This document shows positions 1-9,699 of a stretch of 64,000 nt of DNA, in pieces. How positions within the stretch are numbered: the stretch's first letter is position 1; each line of letters starts with the position of its first letter. This DNA comes from Ramazzottius varieornatus (Eukaryota; Animalia; Tardigrada), in contig BDGG01000001.1 in the NCBI GenBank assembly GCA_001949185.1, positions 7,576,149 through 7,640,148 of the forward strand, written 5' to 3'. The notes beneath the pieces are model-generated. The model had not been told where the DNA came from, made no database searches, and saw only the letters and a program-made list of their open reading frames with translations. The translations under genes and the position numbers were made by a program.

Positions 1-1004
1 AACGATTCCAGGGCTTCTCCAAAAATCGAGTAGCCATGCACAGCAGCTTTGAAGTGTGAGAGTAAAACAGCTGATCAGCTGATGGCCATTGTCCACGACA
101 ATTTTCTGCGGTTGAATTTTACTGCGTTACGACATTAGTCCGATTTCTGTTTCTGGCTTCCATACAAAATCTAAGTTTGCCGTCTTTTCCGTCTGGCCAA
201 ACTATTCACTGGCCCAAACTACCCCACCGTGCGTGTACGAGGTAGAGGACATTATTCGGACACAGCAAATTTCGCGTCAGAATTCGGACACAGTTGCGGA
301 ATAGGGAGGCACCACAGTGCGTTCCATCTTATTCACACTGAAGCTGATACCGAACTGCAATTTCGCTCTGGTGCATCTTCTAATATCTGGGTTTGAGCTC
401 TACATGCCAGATGAGCTTCCCATGAATTTACGTTTTGCCCTGATCGACATCAGCACATCATTAGCACGTCGATAGCTCCTTGAATACCTGAGATGCTGTC
501 TTCAGCTTAGATAGAGAAGACATGGTTGGGAGATGAAAATATCACACAAAGGGAAGGAGAAAGTAATTGGAAAATTAGCAATGTCGTATTGCATCAGACC
601 ATGTCGACCATGCGAAATTACGTCATCAAGTAGGTTTCAAGCTGCCTATCAGTTGTAAAACCGAGACCCATGTTAAAACAAGTTTGTGACGTACAGCAAA
701 TTGTTAATCACGACGACTCAAGCGCCTCTGGTGACCTCACTCACCTCGATTTTGTAGGCTTTTTAACATTAGGAAGACCCTCCCCTTCTTTAGACCGCCT
801 CTAACAAGTTCTGACCATCCGACGTTCTTGAGACTACAAAGTGCGATAGATAAAGGGATCATCAATCTTGAAAACCAAACATGGGTTTAATACTAATGTT
901 TTCCGGTTGAATCTCCGTGAGACAACCACGTTTACGTTGTGTTTGACATGCATTTCCGTTGGGGGCAGAAACTCTTAATTTTTAAATGCAGTGCAGTGCG
1001 GTTG

Positions 1005-2012
1005 CAGTGGGCAAAGTTCCTGAAAAGTCTGGAGTCGTAGCGAAGAGGTACAGCTGATGAGATTTGAGAAGGGCAAGGGAGGGTTTCGGGTTTTTCTTGA
1101 AAATTCTACAGTTGCTGGAAATTGTCAGATTTTGGCGAATTTGGCGAATGAAGGAGCGCATGCCGAGCGCGGTACTAAACTACGACCTGCACCTACCTAC
1201 TGCAGCCCAACGCGCACCAGCGCACATAAATTACGTTATGCGGAGGAAGAAACTGCAACCCTCTTTTCTACGCTAACAAGAAACAACCGTGACAAAACAG
1301 AACGATACACATTAACTTAACTTCCCGAACTAGCTGACTACAGTTCCGCATTGTTACTTGCGCCGTCAGAAAATCACGAAATATGTAATTATGATAGTTT
1401 TACACAAGTAACCGTGTGGAACTGAAGTCTGATAATCGAACGACAACTTGATGGCAATTTCCTTATTTACTGAGCATGATCAAATTTTTTGTATAACTAG
1501 GCAGCATTGTACAATTCCATATGTTGAAGACTATTATCAAACGTGTCAAAGTCTTTCAAGCGTCTCATATTGAAAGCAAAACTCATCAGAACTGCTATAT
1601 TATTTTTCTTCATCTGATATCGCTTTTTCCCAGAGCCCCACGCAACTTACGGGGATGCTTCCGTTGTTGATGTGGTGCCTGTGAGACTAAACAACATCAA
1701 AATTTTTTTGCATCGCGTGCCGGCTTTTATAGGCCAGCTGACACCGTCTATGGGGTATTTTCCCACTTACCCCCTGGCAGCCATCTGGCACGTACGTACA
1801 GCCAGCTGGCTACGAGTGCAGGTTATGTCGTAGCTGCGGCCAATCGCTCCGTTATGCTCCGCCCACACTAGTCAACTGAAAATTTCCAGCAACTCTAGAA
1901 AATTCTCGGCCTTCACATGGCAAGCCCCGACCCCTACCCCTGGGTCACCCTTCCTAGATTTGCTCGACTATGCCTCTACGCCGTGACTCCGAACTTCCCA
2001 GGAACTTTGCCA
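1005..2012. mobile_element. Degenerate non-autonomous DNA element with ~140-bp terminal inverted repeats
   Basis: 1009-1140 (gggcaaagttcctgaaaagtctggagtc...ctacagttgctggaaatt) is an imperfect reverse complement of 1875-2012 (aatttccagcaactctag...gactccgaacttcccaggaactttgcca). Confidence 0.65.
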
Positions 2013-2392
2013 TAGAGCACGGAATCCTGCCGCATGCACTGTACTGTACTGTAGCTGTGCTGTGATACAGCAGAAAGCCATAGACTACCGTGCAGATGCA
2101 CCTACCGAAACCTAACAAAAATTAGTTTTCGGGCATTCGAACGTCAGCCGTCTCAGCTTTGCCGTACTTTAGGGCAACGTTCTCCAGGTTGACTACCGAT
2201 TTCACTGACTGAATTACAAACCACGTCAATACATCGGCGTTCCGCGCAGTTGCACCAGGTCAACGTTCATCTGCAGCGCAGCTGCCTAGCCACTGGGCAT
2301 GAAAGTTGTGCAGCAGAGCGCAGCGTACAGCGCCCTGGTAATGTGCGCAGCACAGTTACAGCGTACTTTTGGACCTGCGGCCCAGTGCTCTA
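2013..2392. mobile_element. hAT-type MITE, copy 1
   Basis: TIR TAGAGCAC...GTGCTCTA; perfect 8-bp TSD CTTTGCCA (2005-2012 and 2393-2400); inverted second copy at 15498-15893. Confidence 0.85.
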
Positions 2393-2954
2393 CTTTGCCA
2401 GACTCCATGTAGTGCCCATCAACTAATCAACCATATGTTCTGGCGGCAATCAAGCAAACCAAATGTGCAACACGATGTTCAGCAGCTCGTAAGTGCTGGC
2501 AGTTTTTATATTGCGAAATCCGGATTTCGAACCGGGATTTTAGTCTGACGTTTTCCTCGTCGGCGAAGTTTCTCAGCTTTCCTGGAAGATCGCTAGACTG
2601 GGTAAGAGATCCTTGTTGCTCCGGATCTGATGTTTAGCCTGAGCTGTTGCCTGTACCGTTACACTGTCACATCTCCCTTTAGGTTCGTATCGAGAGATCG
2701 CACGATGGAAGCCATTGGAACGAGTACCGACGCAGGAGTCATCCGCTGTCCTTCGCCGACGGATGAAAGTATCGGCGCGTCTTCATAGTTCGCACAGATG
2801 AAAGTCTCGCTCCTTGCGACTTCCGAACAATGGATGCTGCCGCGGTAGGTGAGCCAGCTGTCAAAGGAACGGATGTCCTTCGCGTCGATTTCTACCCGTG
2901 GAGGGTGAGTCTCGTTCTACCTGTTCTAGATTGTCAAATGTCAATCGAATGCCT

Positions 2955-3028
2955 TCTCGTGATGATCTGAAAATTTAGACAAGCATATGTCAGATTTATT
3001 GTGATGTCCTATCTCTTCGTCTGATACG
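2955..3028 (+). ncRNA. SNORD27: Box C/D snoRNA, SNORD27 (U27)/snR74-like, guide for 18S Am27/28
   Basis: C GTGATGA 2959; guide AGACAAGCATATG antisense to 18S CAUAUGCUUGUCU; D' CAGA 2991; C' GTGATGT 3001; D CTGA 3021. The D'+5 rule hits CAU[A]UGC. Confidence 0.88.
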
Positions 3029-3193
3029 TTAGCGGTTTCCCGTCACAAGGAAAGTATGGGCCACACTGTATCCAAGCCTTTCTTCTCAGGTTAATCTGAC
3101 GAGTCGGAAAGCTACCGTGGATTTTTGGCAGCTTGGGGCTGATCATGCAAGGTAAGAACCTCTTCCTTTCGTGATAGATGGAGGGGTGGAGGT

Positions 3194-3259
3194 TTGAATG
3201 ATGTTTTAATAGCTACTAGATGGACTGATTTTCTTGATGTTCACTCTAACACTGATGAT
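3194..3259 (+). ncRNA. Box C/D snoRNA with LSU guide (CCAUCUAGUAGCU) and possible 18S guide (UU[A]GAGUG, snR53-like)
   Basis: C ATGATGT 3198; AGCTACTAGATGG then D' CTGA 3225; C' TTGATGT; CACTCTAA then D CTGA 3252. Confidence 0.78.
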
Positions 3260-3425
3260 TATCATCTCGATGTTCGATTGATTATTGATTGGATTAGGTA
3301 TCCCGAGTAACGATTGTATGCTTCACAGAACTGAGTGACTCGGGCCATCCTTTCTGCGGATGTGTCAAAGCAGGAATGCCTGAGGTGAGCTAAAAGACTT
3401 CACAGAGTTTGAACTTTCTTGAGGT

Positions 3426-3487
3426 ATGAAATGACGAAAAACAGTTCTGCTACTGAATTTTCTGTCGATGATGCCAGCCTGACTCAG
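3426..3487 (+). ncRNA. SNORD38: Box C/D snoRNA, SNORD38 (U38)/snR61-like, LSU AGC[A]GAACUG
   Basis: C ATGACGA 3431; CAGTTCTGCTACTGA matches the U38 guide plus D'; C' ATGATGC; D CTGA 3479. Confidence 0.85.
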
Positions 3488-3640
3488 CCATCCTTCTGGT
3501 AAAATGTTGATTTGGACTTAGGACTCCTCGCTGTAAAGTAATCGTCTCGCTTGTTTCAGGAGATGGACGCCTGTGCTTGTAGTGGTAGGGAACGGATGCA
3601 GGACGAGGTGAGCCGCAGTTTGATAGGTTTCTGGTCTAGT

Positions 3641-3735
3641 GTGGCGTGACTGATGAGAAACCAATCTTTTTGTCTTCTTTCCCCGTATGACACAACCGTG
3701 GTTACACAACTTGATGATATTTCTGATGCAGCCAT
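3641..3735 (+). ncRNA. SNORD12: Box C/D snoRNA, SNORD12/snR190-like, LSU CGG[G]GAAAGAAGAC
   Basis: C CTGATGA 3650; 14-nt guide GTCTTCTTTCCCCG; D' ATGA 3687; C' TTGATGA; D CTGA 3723; terminal GGC/GCC stem. Confidence 0.85.
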
Positions 3736-3885
3736 GAGAAGCCAGACAGGCGCTCTGTGAAATGGGAAGATAATGCTATAATTGATTTTCTTGTGATTAT
3801 AGGACGGAGTGAGTCGGCGTTCTTGGTTTCTTTCGCTGACGGTAAGAAGTTTCGATCTCGAGTTCTGACGTTCAGATTTCGAATG

Positions 3886-3964
3886 TTTGAGTGATGAATT
3901 TCCTGCAATACTAAATCTTCCTTGTTGACCAAACATCACACGTTGGTCCGTGTTTCTGACGAGC
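3886..3964 (+). ncRNA. SNORD18: Box C/D snoRNA, SNORD18 (U18)-like, LSU AAACACGGACCAA
   Basis: C GTGATGA 3891; TTGGTCCGTGTTT then CTGA (3956), identical to the U18 guide. Confidence 0.85.
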
Positions 3965-4419
3965 CAGTCTAAAACTAAACATCCAAACTGTTACGTTGAT
4001 CGATAATGTATGAGAGCGTTTTTCCCCTTTCAGATTTCGGTAGAGAACTCTCCAGTCACTGCTTCCTCGGTGAATTGCCGTAAGTTTGGGTATTCCTTAA
4101 AGATAGAATGCTTCCCTTAAGCACTGATGGTTCATTCATGGCCGGAGGTCGTCGCGGGAAGGAGAGTAAAGTCTAGTCAGAACGATCGGGTGTGGCAGAG
4201 TGGATCGTTTCTGATCATATCTGCCTCAATACGTGCTGATACACTTCCGTAAGACCAATCTCGAATAGCTTTACCAAATGCCTTTGTTCCTGCTGCAGGA
4301 AGGAATCGACGGAAGCCTGGATTGGTCATCGAGTTGACGATCAAAAGACGCTGCCGGAAAAGCTATCTCGTAAGTGAGTTGTTTGGATCCTTCGATTGTT
4401 GCAACGTTCTGTGGAAATT

Positions 4420-4498
4420 TAGAAATGATGTTTAACCATCTTTCGGCTGCATGCGTCACGCTTCGACGATGAGGATGCTCTTTTTTCTCCCTGATCGA
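4420..4498 (+). ncRNA. Box C/D snoRNA, SNORD51/SNORD32/snR39-like, LSU CCGA[A]AGAUGGU
   Basis: C ATGATGT 4425; guide ACCATCTTTCGG with degenerate D' CTGC; D CTGA 4491. Confidence 0.75.
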
Positions 4499-4672
4499 CA
4501 GTTCCACAAGCTTTATTAGCGATCATTTCCGGCAGTATTCTGTGATTCATTTCTCTAACTTGCTAAATTTTGTTTCCAGGCGTACGTCGAAGAGAAAAAC
4601 GGGCCGAAGAAACAAGAAAGATCTCTTTCTCCGTAAGAATATCATTTTTCTTTTCAAACATGAACACAGTGT

Positions 4673-4746
4673 AGGATGTGATGCAAGCGTTTTACAACTG
4701 GAGTTGCGACGGTGACGGATATTTTGTCATAGTTACTCTGATCCTC
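4673..4746 (+). ncRNA. SNORD46: Box C/D snoRNA, SNORD46 (U46)/snR63-like, LSU AGUA[A]CUAUGAC
   Basis: C GTGATGC 4678; guide GTCATAGTTACT then D CTGA 4738; terminal stem AGGA/TCCT. Confidence 0.85.
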
Positions 4747-4911
4747 TATCCTTGTTCGGAAGAAACATTACAGCTGTAGCACCCGTCCACCGCGAGAAAG
4801 TGAAGTTGATATCTCTTCCCGCAGGTCGAAACAAGCTTGGACGGATCTCTCGAGTCTGGATATTGAATGGTAAGAGATGACTTTCGACGGCCGAAGGTCC
4901 GTACAGAATAT

Positions 4912-4998
4912 GAGCATTGAATGATGAGTGTCCCGTGTTTATGAGAGTCTCTTCAGGCTCTGCTGATTACGTTATGACGTCGCTAAACTGACTTGCTC
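4912..4998 (+). ncRNA. Box C/D snoRNA, snR38/SNORD1-like, LSU UA[G]CGACGUC
   Basis: C ATGATGA 4921; GACGTCGCTA before D CTGA 4988; stem GAGCA/TGCTC; second antisense TCCCGTGTT (18S AACACGGGA) before an ATGA D'-like box. Confidence 0.8.
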
Positions 4999-5179
4999 TC
5001 ACCGATCACTTCGTAGCATACAGTTCTTCAAATCGTTGACCTAACTTGCGTCTCGTATCTTCGTAGGTCCGCGTTTCGCGTTCGACTAGTCTTGATAGAC
5101 GATTTAACGTCACCGCGGTGGACCTTCCTTTGGCAATAGGTGGGTAAATTGGGGGCGTTGTGAGTCGCTGCTTGTGTTG

Positions 5180-5325
5180 CTGACGAGCTGCGGTTGTGAT
5201 ATTCATGAGGAGTCAGCTGCAGCACTATGCTTCGTTCGAGGCACTTTGTGGCGCTATGGCGTTACCTCTATGGAAAATCAGAATGGCTTTCAAGAGTCGT
5301 TGGGCTTTGGTTTTCTGAAAGCTCG
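5180..5325 (+). ncRNA. Candidate intronic box C/D snoRNA (orphan)
   Basis: C-like ATGAGGA 5205 or CTGACGA 5180; D CTGA 5315 preceded by GGCTTTGGTTTT (pairs with 18S GAAACCAAAGUC using G-U pairs); CGAGCT/AGCTCG stem. Confidence 0.35.
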
Positions 5326-5889
5326 ACGTAGTTGACAGTCAGACAATGAAGTCAACTAATAGCGGTTTCGTTTTTCAGGGCTTGAGGACGATGGTCCGTG
5401 GTTTGCTCACTTACGGTAAGCGGGAGACATCAACAGTCTTGTTGAGTTCTATGGAGAACCGTGCTGAACTTTTGGTGAGAAAACTCTTTCCTGAGGCTCT
5501 CTGATGCCGGGAGTGTGGAGCTCTCGGCCTCTCTGAAGTGCGATAGTATGGGTGAATGGCAGTTAGCGCTGACTGCCATCCACTCATACTGTTGGTACTC
5601 AGTGTGGGATCAGGTCAGGACTTCTGATGTGCATAGACGGAAGTCGTTCCGGGGATGCCAGCTAGAGCTTGAAGAGAATGACATACATCTCTCGTTGCAG
5701 GTAGGGCAAGCCGTTCTTCAATTTGTGGCTGAACATATGCAGTTTGGGGAACTACAGACGAGGCACAGAAGGGCTCCACGAGAAGAGCCACGGTTCTCGT
5801 CTTCACCTCATGGGTCACCAACCCACCGGAAGTTGTGGTAAGCAGTACGCTCCAGATTAACTGTTGAATTTTGTCTGGACTGTAAGTTA

Positions 5890-6002
5890 GAGCCGTTGTG
5901 ATGAGCAACTTCTCTGAGGCTTCTTGACGCCATGCCCAGAAATGGGGGACCCCTTGGCCTCTCAGGAATGTCCACTGTTGTTACAAACTTTTACTGAGGC
6001 TT
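5890..6002 (+). ncRNA. Box C/D snoRNA with bulged complementarity to the 18S 3' region (UAAAAGUCGUAACAA)
   Basis: C GTGATGA 5898; D CTGA 5994; terminal stem AGCC/GGCT; TTGTTACAAACTTTTA upstream of D. Confidence 0.65.
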
Positions 6003-6152
6003 TGAAGAAGGTCGCTGTTGAAAGCAAGAACCGTTGAAGTAATTGAAGTTACCTCTTCTTCTCGATTTCAGATCAGGGAGTGTTGGGTCGAATGGAGCAA
6101 ACAGTAACAAGGCACGTCTCTCTCTCTTGTTAGGAAAGCTGTTGCGGGAATA

Positions 6153-6216
6153 TTGTTTCGATGATGAAAAGACTGCGAAATCAAGCTACAGTTGGGCAGA
6201 CATCGGTCTGAACAAC
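6153..6216 (+). ncRNA. Short candidate box C/D snoRNA
   Basis: C ATGATGA 6161; D CTGA 6208; stem TGTT/AACA; target unclear. Confidence 0.45.
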
Positions 6217-6592
6217 CATGCTGCGGCTGTAGCTGGTGGAAGTTCCGCGACGGCTGTCTGAGAATGCTAGTCTTATTGATGACTTTGAAAGCAGAAATTG
6301 GAAAACGATCAGCGCTTTTTACGAAATCTTTACTTTACAGGAAGTGTGTCGGAGGAGACACTCGAGAAGCCGGAGGGAAAAGTAACGAAGATTAACCAAA
6401 GAATATTACTAATTTTTCCAGTCTTGCACTCACAGTTCGATTTCTATTTGAACTTTGGTGGAGTGTAACGAAATTGATTTATCTTTTTCATGGAAGTTAA
6501 CAGAAAGCAGAAATGAACTTTCAAATCAAAATGGATGAGAGCACGAGTTGTGTATCCTGCATAAAAAGGGAAACTTCAGAATTGACATCTGT

Positions 6593-8636
6593 TCAGAAAT
6601 CTAGGAAAAAACCAGGCTTTTTCGTTTCCTTTTTGTCGTGTTGCTTTCCGAATCCAGGAACGTTTCCTTGGTTCTTCTCTTCCGGCTTGTCAACAGCCTT
6701 CTGTTTTGGCGGTCCGAAGTTCAGGAACCCGAAGCCTTCATCTTCAGAGTCGGCGGTCGAGGTTTCTGAATGCGCAGGACTGGCTGATCCGAAACTGAAT
6801 CCACTGAAACCTTCGAAGGCTTTGTCTTTGTGCTTCTCCTTATCTACTTCCTTCACTGGTTCTTTCTCTCTCGAACGACTAGTCGAAGTCGGCATGTCGA
6901 AGTTCATCTCTTTTAGGACTGCAGGGACAAACGGGCGAGCTACGGGACTTTTCTCGGAAACGGAAGGAAAGTTGCTGACAGCGGGAAGTTTCGCGGGAGG
7001 AAGCTTAACAGAAGGAAGAGCTAGGTTCTGAGAAGAAGGTCGAGCGAAGTTATCGAAATTGTTCTTGTCTGGAAAGTGTTTTTCTTCTCGAGGAACTTCG
7101 GCGGTTTCTTCGATGACTTGCTCCATATTCTCTTGGGCTTGTTCCTTCTTCTCGAGTTCTTCGGCAGCGGGTTCTGCAAGATCCATAACGTCGAAGGGAG
7201 CTCTGTGGACTTCATCGACCTGCATGTCTTGCTCGGCTTCAACAGCTTCGTTCTGGACACGGTTCATGGCTGGCGACTGGTCGCCTTCAATCTCACTAGT
7301 CATTGCCACTTCTTTGTCCAGCTCGGTGACTTCCCTGTTAACGACTGTAGAAGTGGTGGTTTGTGTGGTCTCCTCTCTTAGGTTTTCTGGTTCAGTTTCC
7401 ATGTGTTGTATCGTGGAAGTGCGGTCAACCAAACTCTTCTCGGCACTGAAGAAAAGAAAAGAGTGTAAACATATTTGTGAGCTCGGCAAACCAACTCAAC
7501 CAGATCGTTTTCCCAAGTGACGCACGTCCTAGCTGAAATCGGAGAAAACGTGCGCCACTCGAGAGCGAATTTGTCGAGTTTGTTTGCCGAGTTCGCAGTT
7601 TTTCTAAAAGCGGAAAGACTTCGGGTTCATTCGAGGAGGAACTCCAAAAGCAGGAAAGAACTTACAAACGATTGCAGAAGTCGCGATATGGCTGAGTGCT
7701 AAGTTCCGGCGAGCTCTCTGTAAAGAAAACCAAACTTCAGTTCTTTGGTGATACTTGGAGTTCGAAATACGAGCGATAGGGAAAAAAACGGCTCTGTTTC
7801 CTACCGAAAGCTCCTTGGCCATGTCCGACGCCTTGTTCCAAATTGCTGGCCTTCATCTTGCCAAGCTTGGTCACTTTCTGGAGCAAGTTGCGCTCTAGTT
7901 CCAGGTTGGCCAGCTTCTGGGCTTCAGGAAAGGATTGGTACTTGTCTACATTGGCTTCCAACCTCCTTTCCATCTCGCTCCGTTCGGCCAACTTTCGCTT
8001 TCTGCAAAAACAAAACAGTAACGTATTCGAGCTGACGTTTAGCTAACTTGCCAGGAAGAAGTTCGTTCGTCATCGCTTACTCATCCTTTGCGTTTTGCTC
8101 TTCTTGCAACTGGATCTTGATGTTCAAGGCGTCGATCTGATGGTAATAGTTACGAAGACTTTCCCGACGTCTGTGGAACAAGATAACAGTACGATGGACG
8201 TTGGATGACAATTCAGGAGGCATTCAAGAAAGGCATACCGTTGAACTTCCGTCTCTAACGCTTTGGCCGTTCCAGCCAGCTCCGCACTTCGTATGGCAGC
8301 TACCGCATTTGCTTCTCGTTTCAGAGTGATACGTTTGCCTTGTTCCTGAAGCTGAGCTTTCTTCTCTACAAGTAAAAAGTCATCAGAAACTGAAGGCATG
8401 GGCAGGAGGAAGGTTACAGGCGTTTGACTTGGAGGAAGTTGTACAAACCTTGGATCAGTCGTTCGAGTTGGGCTTCTCGCTGTCCAGCTGCTTTGTAGTC
8501 CCCCTCTGCAAACGAGACAAACTCTTTCAAGCTACAAGTCCGATATACAACACGAAAGGAATTGCAGAGTCGGTTTAAAATCAAGGAAGTTAAAGAGGAA
8601 CTTACCAATTGTTCGGATGAGGTCTCCCAGCGCCAT
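6593..8636 (-). CDS. Multi-exon protein with N-terminal coiled coil, acidic/disordered middle and Phe-rich C-terminal tail (SIX6OS1/SYP-4-like architecture)
   Basis: Spliced reading MALGDLIRTIEGDYKAAGQREAQLERLIQEKKAQLQEQ...RRESLRNYYHQIDALNIKIQLQEEQ...EAQKLANLELERNLL; last exon ~7445-6593 ends FEGFSGFSFG...EGFGFLNF...PGFFLDF*. Exons between ~7870 and 7445 not resolved. Confidence 0.65.
7477..7597. repeat. Intronic GGCGCAC palindrome family copy
   Basis: AAGTGACGCAC-N24-GTGCGCCACT within GAGCTCGGCAAAC...GTTTGCCGAGTTC arms. Confidence 0.8.
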
Positions 8637-9699
8637 TGTTAATGTTAAAACTCTTGAACGACCTTCTGGCAAACTGTTGCTTACGGAAGACGGAAGAGCG
8701 CCTTAAGTAGCCAGTTGACCAGAGGAGAATTAAGGAAAACGAACGAAGGAAAAGGAATTCCAACGGAAGAGCTAGAGAATGTGCAAGAATAAAAGATCTT
8801 TCAAATTTCCGACAGGTTGGCGGGCGACAGCTGCCGTTCGTTCTGGTTTCCGGTTACGTCCTGCGTCAACAAAACAGCGTCAACAGTCATGGGTTCTTGC
8901 GCGTGACGTTAACGAGCCCCACAGCACGGCCTTGATGGAGCCAAGAGCTACTGTACCAGCTAACTCAAATAGTCGCGGTCCGTAACCACCATTGGACAAT
9001 TCGTCCATTGCACGACACCGTAGCCTAACCTATGGGAGCGGTTCACATTCTGACTGGTACCTTAAAACAATATTCGGTGATCCATTCGTATGGAAGTCAC
9101 CGTCACGAGTCAGAGGTCACGGCTCGCGACGAGTTTATCGTCACGCCAAATACCAGGAAAAACTGCTGGGATGCTGGCTCGATGAAGAACTGTACGTGAG
9201 AGGCAAACAGTGAACGCCAATGTAAGGTAAAGGTAAGAATATGGTTTGATCGAACAATGTTTTTTCCTGATGTGACTGCCGATACTGAAACATCGATATC
9301 ACTGAGAACAGATTAGACAGCACCCTCAAAACACCCGAGCAACCCCAGCTCACAAAGCGGATCCTCGCATGGTTCTCCACACCATCTCGGCTTTATCAGT
9401 ATTGTTATGACCACTCTTGTGAGTGGGAGCCGAGACAGCGAGACCAGAATAACAACGATTCATTTCATCTCCGCGAAAAGTAAGCTCGCTCATCCAGCGC
9501 AATGCACAGAGTAATTTTGTAAGTGGGCATTTAACAACGAGAAAAACAACAAGAACAACTGATGAGGAAGCCAGAAAATTTAGGAGACTAATACTGTAAA
9601 TCACACGGCAAATTTTTCATATCCCGACTTTTGAAGATAGCCCAGGTGGATTCCACCTTAGTTTTGAGAAACAAATCATGGATGACAAGCTTATTCATT

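Larger units (their letters stand above)
2550..6430 (+). ncRNA. Non-coding multi-exon snoRNA host gene (UHG/SNHG1/GAS5-like)
   Basis: Strong donors (2601, 2905, 3152, 3385, 3608, 3809/3842, 4080, 4370, 4633, 4870, 5416, 5838) and acceptors (2682, 3089, 3297, 3559, 3802, 4033, 4579, 4824, 5067, 5378, 5700, 6071, 6340). Short exons with no coherent ORF seen; most introns contain a box C/D snoRNA. Transcript ends are approximate. Confidence 0.8.

Noticed and set aside
3518-6395. Short ORFs on both strands (e.g. 3556-3939, 5615-5908)
   Set aside because: No recognisable domains; the region is explained by the + strand snoRNA host gene
6513-7520. + strand ORFs of 172, 153 and 101 aa
   Set aside because: Antisense shadows of the long minus-strand exon
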